Part shown: positions 56,751 to 64,000 of the stretch, one piece after another
Numbering within the stretch: position 1 is the stretch's first letter
Layout of the letters: every line of letters begins with the position of its first letter
NCBI GenBank assembly: GCA_963845755.1
Contig: CAWJTV010000020.1
Location: 544,001 to 608,000, forward strand
DNA length: 64,000 nucleotides
Source of the DNA: an uncultured Planctomycetota bacterium
GTDB lineage: Bacteria > Planctomycetota > Planctomycetia > Isosphaerales > Isosphaeraceae
Direction of reading: 5' to 3'
Notes under the pieces: model-generated
Told to the model about the DNA's origin: nothing
Databases searched by the model: none
The model's input: the letters and a program-made list of their open reading frames with translations, nothing else
Program-made: the position numbers and the translations under genes

Positions 56751-56891
56751 GGATTAGCGGGTCGTTGAGAACTCCTCGACGATCCGGACCGGCCGCCCAG
56801 ATCCGACAAAGTAGCCATTAGACCGGCTGTCCGGCGGCGGTTACAGTCAGGGCAGCCATCAGGACCGCCCGAATCCTAGGGAGGAGATGCA

Positions 56892-57137
56892 ATGAATCAT
56901 GATCAACTCTTTGACTTGATGCACACGCATCCCTTTCGCCCTTACCGTCTCAAGACAGCGGGCGGGCGTGATATCGCGGTCACTCATCCCGAGGCGATCG
57001 CCTACGGCGGCGAACGCACAGTCGTCGTGGTTCTGCCCGGCGATCGCTGGGAAATCATCGATATCGAGCTGATCGAGTCCATTGAAGGGACGAACGAGCC
57101 GGCCCCGGCCGGAGAGAGCAGGGAGGAGGAAGGCTGA
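56892..57137 (+). CDS. Small hypothetical protein (PF.P..L...G...V.HPE pattern)
   Basis: Strong RBS GGAGGAG; HPFRPYRLKTAGGRDIAVTHPE..IIDIELIESIE. Confidence 0.75.
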   Translation: MNHDQLFDLMHTHPFRPYRLKTAGGRDIAVTHPEAIAYGGERTVVVVLPGDRWEIIDIELIESIEGTNEPAPAGESREEEG

Positions 57138-57280
57138 TCGCGCCACCCGGCGGAGCGGCGAAAGCTGACAGGATGAATCGCGCCGATGGCGATGTCGAAG
57201 AATTCCACCGCCGCGACGAATGATACTATCTGAGGTTGGTTCACCGCGTCATCCCGTCGGATTGGGTTGCATCCATGCGC

Positions 57281-59480
57281 ATGCCCGTCAACTTGATGCT
57301 CGCGATTGGCAAGGCGGCCTTGAACCTCGCCGGTGTCGGCCTGGTCGGCGATGCCGTCGAGATCGCCCGCGCCGCCTGGGAAGACTGGAAGAAAAGCCCG
57401 GAGGAACGGCTGGAGGAGCTGGAGGCCCTGGTCGGGGCGGATGACGAGGAGATCGCGTGCGCGGCCGAACACATGGCCGCGGAGCTGACCCCGGGTGAGT
57501 CGGAACCGGTGCGCACGAAACTGGCGACCTTCCTGAAGCAAGTGCCGAGCCGGATTCGCCAGTCCCAGCGCCGACCGGCCGATCCCACCGGACGGACGAT
57601 CCGCCCGGGGTTCGCCGTCAGCCGGCCTGACGACCTGATCCCGTTCATCCCCGACCAGCTTCCTCGCTTCCAGGCCGGAGATCGCCCGCTGCCGGGCTTC
57701 CCTTGGGTGCTGGTCGAGTTGCTGGGCATCGGGGGGTTTGGCGAGGTCTGGAAGGCGCGCCATGCGCACCTCCAATCTCGCGCCCCCGTGGCGCTGAAGT
57801 TCTGCACGGATCCCCAGGCTCGCCGGGTGTTGCGGCACGACGCCAAGGTGATCGATCAGGTCATGCTCCAGGCCCAGCAACTGGGCCTGCATCTCGGGAT
57901 CGTCACGTTGCAGGATGCCAACCTCGACAGCGAGCCGCCATACCTGCAATACGACTACGTCGAGGGCGGCGATCTGGCGGGGCTGATCGGCGACTGGCAT
58001 CGGCAAACAGAGAAGGCTTCCGCCGAGTTGGTCGCGAGAGCGATACTCGAACTGGCCGAGATCGTGGCCTTCGCCCACCGGCTGGATCCGCCGATCGTCC
58101 ATCGCGACCTCAAGCCGGCCAACATTCTGGTACAGAGGGGAGCCGATGGCAGGATCGCGTTCAAGATCACCGATTTCGGTATCGGCGAGATCGCGACCTC
58201 GAAGGCGATCCAGACCAGCCGGCAGGTCACCAGTCCCAGCCAGTTCCTGGCCACGGCCGTGCGCGGCTCGGGAAGCGATCTCTACGCCTCGCCCCAGCAA
58301 TTCGAAGGCAAAAATCCCGACCCTCGCGATGACGTCCACGCCCTCGGCGTCATCTGGTACCAGATGATGACCGGCGACCTGACGCGGGGGCCGTCCGTCG
58401 GCCAGGGCTGGCGCAAACGATTCCTCGAGCAGGGTATGTCGGACGCCATGCTCGAGCTGCTCGGCTCCTGCTTCGAGGAACAAGCGGATCGGCCGACTGA
58501 TGCGGTCGTCCTGGCCGAGACGCTCGCGGCGCTCCTCCAGCCGCCGGTTGTCGAGGCCATGGAGGCGAAGATGACCGAACCCGTGAAGCCCGAGCCGGCG
58601 AAGGTCTCGGAGTCTCCGAAGGAGCTCGTCAACTCGATCGGCATGAATCTGAAGTGGATCCTGGGCGGTGAGTTCCTCATGGGATCGGACGATAGCGACA
58701 AGGACGCCGGAGATAATGAGAAGCCCCAGCATCGCGTTCGCATTACGCAGCCGTACTACCTGGGCGTGCACCAGGTCACGCGCGGTCAGTTTGGACGGTT
58801 CGTCCAGGCAACCCGTTACCAGACCGAAGCCGAGAAGGATGGGGAGGGTGGCTACGGCTGGGACGCGTTGACCGGCGAGTGGGCGGTGGACCCGAAGTTC
58901 ACGTGGAGGTCGCCGGGCTTCGACCAGACCGACGACCATCCGGTCGTAATCGTGGGTTGGAAGGATGCGCTGGCCTTCTGCGACTGGCTGGGCAAGCGAG
59001 AGGGACAGCAATACCGGTTACCAACCGAAGCCGAATGGGAATACGCCTGCCGGGCAGGGAGCACGACGCGATACTACAGTGGGGATGATCCGGAGACATT
59101 GGTGCAGGTGGGGAACGTGGCGGATGCGACGGCCAAGGAGAAGTTCCCGAAATGGACGACGATCGCAGGTCGTGACGGCTATGTATTCACGGCGCCGGTC
59201 GGGCAGTTTCGTCCGAATGCTCTTGGACTCTTCGACATGCACGGAAATGTCTGGGAGTGGTGTTCGGACTGGTATGGTGGCGATTACTACAAGCAATTCA
59301 AGCAATCGCCTGCGATTGACCCGCTGGGGTCTGAGCGGGCCGGGTCCCGGGTGATCCGGGGCGGGGGCTGGTTCACCCACGCGCGGTACTGCGCGGTCGG
59401 CGTACCGGCGCGGCGATGAGCCGGAGGCCGGGAACATCAACCTGGGCTTCCGCGTCGCCCGGGTTCAATCCGGTGGTTGA
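57281..59480 (+). CDS. Ser/Thr kinase fused to an FGE-sulfatase (SUMF1/C-type-lectin fold) domain; frameshift near 59395
   Basis: LGIGGFGEVW, HRDLKPANIL, DFGIG; NSIGM, F.MGS, EKPQH.V, RLPTEAEWEYACRAG, DMHGNVWEW, RGGGW, NLGFRVAR. Confidence 0.92.
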
Positions 59481-59644
59481 GTTCAGTAGGTCAGGTTTTC
59501 CAGTGTGATGGAGTTCTCAGGAGCGATTCTGGGATTGCGCAGGCATGGCGGGCGACACCGCGAAGCTGCCCCTGGGGGCTCAATCCGGATGGCCAGTCAT
59601 GCTATACACTTGACATGGATTGCCCATCGCTCGGAGAGACACCC

Positions 59645-60241
59645 ATGAGCGCCTACGACGAACCCCACCCGGGAGAACGAAGCAACCATCCTCTTGCGCC
59701 GCTTCACAGATTCGAGCCCGGCGCGCGGGAGGAGGCGATCTCGACCCTGAGGGCACTCGATCGCGAAGCGGTGATTCGCGAATTGACTGGACTACTCAAC
59801 GATCGAGACCCGGAGTCCCGTTGCGATGCTTCGGAAGCCTTGTTGCTCATCGACGCTGATCAGGCGATCGATCGGATTCCGCCCCTCGTGACGGATCCCG
59901 TGAGCGCCGTGCGATGGAATACCTGCGGGTTGCTCCACGATTTCGGCGATCGGCGAGCGATTCCCATGCTCGTTCAGGTGTTGCTCGGCGATCCCGAAGG
60001 TGACGTTCGATTGATGGCCGCTTACGCCCTGGGCGAGATCGGGGATCACACCGCTGTGTCAGCTCTTCGGCAGGCGTCACAGTCGGATGATGGCACCGAC
60101 CACGAAGGTCGTCGCGTTCGCGACGCTGCTGCGGAAGCCGCCGAGCGTATTGTGGCGCAAGCCGTGAAATTTCTCGAAAGCGGCTGTCTGCAACGACATG
60201 CAGCATCCGCCATTGACCACACCAGCCTGGTAAGCCCTTGA
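59645..60241 (+). CDS. HEAT repeat protein
   Basis: LLNDRDPESRCDASEAL, LVTDPVSAVRW, LLGDPEGDVRLMAAYALGEIGD. Confidence 0.8.
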   Translation: MSAYDEPHPGERSNHPLAPLHRFEPGAREEAISTLRALDREAVIRELTGLLNDRDPESRCDASEALLLIDADQAIDRIPPLVTDPVSAVRWNTCGLLHDFGDRRAIPMLVQVLLGDPEGDVRLMAAYALGEIGDHTAVSALRQASQSDDGTDHEGRRVRDAAAEAAERIVAQAVKFLESGCLQRHAASAIDHTSLVSP

Positions 60242-60408
60242 CGTGCACGACCTAACGCTGTGGTGGAGTACGGTCTCGAATTCCTTCGGTGTTTCGGCGA
60301 CAATCAGCTCAGAGGCTTCAGTCCGATCGTAGACCGGCCGTTGGTGTTCGGTCTGTCGCAACCCAACCGAACGAGTTCCCGCCGAGTCGCCCACCGGAGA
60401 TTCCGTCG

Positions 60409-62612
60409 ATGCGCGTTTCCTTGACCAGGTTCGGGACGTTCCTCGCCGCAGTGTTTTGTTGCTGCCCCTCTCCACACGTTCACGGCGACGAGCCGGTCAA
60501 GCCGACCGCGTCGGCCTCCGAGACCAACCCAGCCGTCCCGGCGCCCGGCCATTCGGTGCACGGCGAGGCGTTCAACGACGGGCCTCGGCATGCCGCTTAC
60601 CTCATGCCAGGGATGGGCAAGTCCCACTTCGCGGCGACCACCAAGAAGCCCGAGGCGCAGGCGTTCATCGATCAGGGCGTCGCACAGCTCCATTCGTTCT
60701 ATTACCTCGAATCGGAGCGGTCGTTCCGACAGGCCGCCAGGATCGATCCGGATTGCGCCATCGCCTACTGGGGCATGGCCATGTCCAACGTCAATAACGC
60801 CAAGCGCGCAAGGAGTTCCTCAAGGATGCCCGCAAGCGGGCCGCTTCGGCTTCCCGCCGCGAGCAGCTCTATATCGATGCCCTCGAGGCTCTCTACAAGG
60901 AGGGCGGCAACCAGGGGAACCGGCAACGGAACTGGCTCCATGGGCTCGAGCTGGTTGTCCAGGACTTCCCCGACGATATCGACGCGCCGCGCCTGGGCGT
61001 CGATGGTCGCCTGGCAGTCGGCCGGTAGCGGGAGCCCGAACCGAGTCTGGATGGATACCATGATCGACTCGGTCCTGCTGGCCGAGCCAATGCATCCCGG
61101 CGCATCACTACCGCATCCACCTCTGGGACGGCGTCAAGCCGATCCTGCGCCGAGAAGTCGGCGGCGCTGTTCGGCCCATCCGCGCCGGGGATTGCCCATG
61201 CCTGGCACATGCCCGGACATACTTACACCGGGCTGAAGCGTTATGCCGACGCCGCCTACCAGCAGGAGGCATCGGCACGCGTCGACCACGCCTACATGAT
61301 CCGCGACCGCGTCATGCCGTTCGAGATCCACAACTACGCCCACAACAATCAGTGGCTCTGCACGAGCTACAGCCACATCGGCCGGGTTCACGACGCGATC
61401 GCCGTGGCGCGGAACCTCGTCGAACAGCCCCGCGACCCGCAGAAGAACGGCCCGAACGACGGCGGCTCGCCACAGCGGAGCGGCCGGATCCGCTGGGCGG
61501 AGATCCTGACTCGGTACGAGCTCTGGGACGACCTGATCGAAGCGACCACCTCCGGCGTGCTCGACTGGTCGAACGTCCCCCAGGAGCAGCGCGAGAAGGC
61601 GTACGCCCTCGGCCAGGCGTATGCCGCCAGGAACGATGCCAAGAAGCTGGCCGAGCAGATTGCCGCCCTCAAGAAACTGACCATCGCGTCGGCCAAGACC
61701 GCGCTGGCGGAGCTGGAAGGCTACCAGCATCTGGCCCGCGGCGAGATCGGCCCGGCGTTCGACCAGTTCGCCAAGGCGACCTCGATGCGCCCCGAAGGGC
61801 TGGCTCGTGCCCACCTCGCGGCCCGAAACTACGGCTTTGCGGAGACCACGGCGCGGAAGGGCGTCGATCAGAATCCGAACCTGGTCGCCCCGCTGGCCGC
61901 CCTGGTCGAGATCCTCCAGGCCGCCGGCAAGGAGAAAGACGCGCGCGAGGCCTACGGAAAGCTCGTCCCCATCGCCCGATGGGCCGACCGCGACCTGCCG
62001 GTCTTCCGTCGCCTCGAGCCGGTCATCGCTCGCTGGAAGGCCGACAAGTCCTGGTCGCCCCCCACTTCCGAGCCCGCCCAGCGCACCGGTTCCGATGAGA
62101 CGGCCATCAACCGGATCAACCTGACGACCCTCGGGCCGCTGGTCTGGTCGCCCACCTCCGCCGCGCCGTTCTCCGCCGCCGATACCACCGGCAAGCCGTG
62201 GTCCCTGGCCGCCCATAAAGGGAAGAACATCCTGGTCCTCTTCTACCTCGGCGGCAAGTGCGCCCACTGCATGCAGCAGCTCGAGACGTTCGGCAAGGAG
62301 TACGAGGCCCTCAAGAAGTTGAACGTCGAGACCGTCGCCATCGGCAGCGACGACGCCGACGCCACCAGGACCCTCAAGAACAACAAGGATGCCGTCAAGT
62401 TTCCCATGCCGATGCTGGCCGACCCCAAGCTCGACGTGTTCAAGCGCTACCGGGCCTACGACGATTTCGAAAGCCAGCCGCTCCACGGCACTTTCCTCAT
62501 CGACGCGCAGGGCAACGTCCGCTTCCAGCGCATCTCATCCGACCCGTTCCTCGAGGTCGAGTTCATCAAGGCCGAGGCCGAGCGAGTCGATCGGATGATG
62601 AAGCGGAAATGA
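60409..62612 (+). CDS. Secreted TPR-like protein with C-terminal redoxin/peroxiredoxin domain; several frameshifts in 60800-61150
   Basis: GHSVHGEAF..GPR, AQAFIDQGVAQLH.F, H.WHMPGH, FYLGGKCAHC, PLHGTFLID. Confidence 0.8.
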
Positions 62613-62735
62613 CGGAGTGCGATCGGATCGGAAGGGCATCACGTTGCGACGTCTCTTCCGATCGGGCACCGCCGTAACGGCCATCCCTTTCACGACTAAC
62701 GTGTGACGCTGCTCCAGGAAAACGAGGAGGTTCTC

Positions 62736-63211
62736 ATGCCAGTCGACACGGGCAAGGTCCAGAACCGTCGCAAGGTCGAATACGCGTCGCTCCAGGATGT
62801 GCTCGTCGATGCCGAACGGATGGCCTCGGGCAACGCCAAACCCCTGGGCAACTGGTCGGCCGGCCAGATCTTCGCGCATCTCGCCAAGATCATGAACAAC
62901 TCGATCGATGGCTCCGACCTCAAGGTGCCCTGGTATTTCCAGATGTTGGGACGTCTGTTGAGAAAGAAGATGCTCCGGGGCCCGATGTCGCCAGGAATCA
63001 AGCTCCCCGATTGGGCCGCCCGGTCTCTCGTGCCGGGACCGACCTCGACCGAGGAAGGTCTCGACGCCCTGAGGAACGCCATCGCTCGGCAGGAACGCGA
63101 ATCCACCCGCGCCCGGACCCCCTCTTTGGGCCCCTCACTCGTGAGGAGTGGATGCAGATCCACCTCAAGCATGCGGCTCTTCACATGAGCTTTCTCGCTC
63201 CGCAGAATTGA
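62736..63211 (+). CDS. DUF1569 / DinB-like protein; frameshift near 63120
   Basis: GNWSAGQIFAHLA; P.FGPLTREEWMQIHLKHAALHMSFL. Confidence 0.8.
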
Positions 63212-63366
63212 CCGCGACGCGTTGGTGGCTGAGAAACGCCGGCCTCGTGCCGCGATCGACGAATGCGGCACGCTCCCAACCTTGACCGCCGGATGAATTG
63301 TTGTAGAACTTAATAGTTAGGATTCCGAGGAAATGAGGGAGGACCCCTCGCTGCCTGGCCGGTCTG

Positions 63367-64000
63367 ATGAGAAATGGGTCCCGGTTCTTGCCGGGATTCA
63401 CGAGGAGGGTCATCCTGATCGCTCGAAATGGAGAGGGATTCGGACGTGGCGCCGGAAGGGGCGTGCTCGTCATCGGCGCCGGCGTCAGTGGCCTGACGAC
63501 GGCTCTCTGCCTGCGCCAGCGAGGTTTCCCGGTCACGGTAGTTGCAGACCGATTCGCCCCGAGGGTCACCTCGGTCGTTGCCGGTGCCCTGTGGGAATGG
63601 CCGCCCGCAGTTTGCGGTCACCACCAGGACCAGGTCTCATTGGCTCGCTCCAAGACCTGGTGTGAGACCTCCTACGAGGTATTCTCGGACCTCGCCGCCA
63701 ATCGGAAGACGGGCGTATTCCTCAGGCCCGCCACGTTTTATTTCCATAGGCCGATCGAGGAAGACCCTCGTCAGGCCGTGAAGATGCGAGAGGTGAAGGG
63801 TAAGGTTCGGGGCTTCCGCCATGATGCCGGACGGATCGAGGCCAATCGCATCAATCCTGCGCTGGGACTCCGGGACGCCTATTCCTACCTGGCCCCGATG
63901 ATCGATACGGACGTCTACATGACGTGGCTACTCGGTGAAGTTCGGAGGGCCGGCTGCCGCATCGTCGAGGCGCAGGCTCATCGGCCCTCTTCGCGAGCAG
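63367..64000 (+). CDS. FAD-dependent D-amino-acid oxidase-like protein (runs off window; start uncertain)
   Basis: VLVIGAGVSGLTTA..TSVVAGALWE..APMIDTDVYMTWL. Confidence 0.8.
   Translation, partial: MRNGSRFLPGFTRRVILIARNGEGFGRGAGRGVLVIGAGVSGLTTALCLRQRGFPVTVVADRFAPRVTSVVAGALWEWPPAVCGHHQDQVSLARSKTWCETSYEVFSDLAANRKTGVFLRPATFYFHRPIEEDPRQAVKMREVKGKVRGFRHDAGRIEANRINPALGLRDAYSYLAPMIDTDVYMTWLLGEVRRAGCRIVEAQAHRPSSRA

Noticed and set aside
57002..59011. Long antisense ORFs (also 14464-15798, 61134-62486, 19156-20244)
   Set aside because: Shadow frames of well-supported genes in high-GC DNA; no recognisable motifs
60250..60350. Integron attC site starting ACCTAAC
   Set aside because: No matching GTTRRRY end or paired L boxes; no integron integrase
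8228..63211. About 20 frameshifted genes as pseudogenes or programmed frameshifts
   Set aside because: They include conserved genes (recQ, cysK) with intact motifs on both sides; breaks fall in homopolymer or GC-dinucleotide runs with no slippery-site pattern, so sequencing error is more likely

Overview
GC-rich bacterial chromosome segment. Gene families and repeats point to Planctomycetota, probably Isosphaeraceae-like (inference). It holds about 55 mostly housekeeping or accessory genes (ligA, ndk, cysK, recQ, ChdC/HemQ, Maf, MobA, AMP nucleosidase, glycoside hydrolases, an ECF sigma factor, two Ser/Thr kinases, a PP2C phosphatase) and one tRNA-Arg(CCG) followed by an integrase relic. About 20 genes are split by 1-2 nt frameshifts, many at GCGC/CGCG or homopolymer runs, so these are most likely long-read errors. 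The most unusual signal is non-coding: several small non-autonomous elements with readable target-site duplications (TSDs) that wrap palindromic repeats. (i) A 149-bp heptamer-hairpin element splits an otherwise hidden SLBB-domain gene (7701-7849). (ii) A three-level nest at 50880-51416: candidate outer MITE > REP cluster > AT-rich MITE with a 9-bp TSD. (iii) A 232-bp MITE with perfect 15-bp terminal inverted repeats (TIRs) and a 10-bp TSD carries a REP doublet (56519-56750). Other points of interest are an in-frame fused MenA1/MenT1-like antitoxin-nucleotidyltransferase, a kinase-FGE/CLec gene whose 3' end resembles a DGR variable region, and an ArsR-regulated beta-propeller + ubiquitin-like protein operon. 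No CRISPR array, rRNA, intact transposase or reverse transcriptase was seen. All family assignments come from motif recognition, not database searches.
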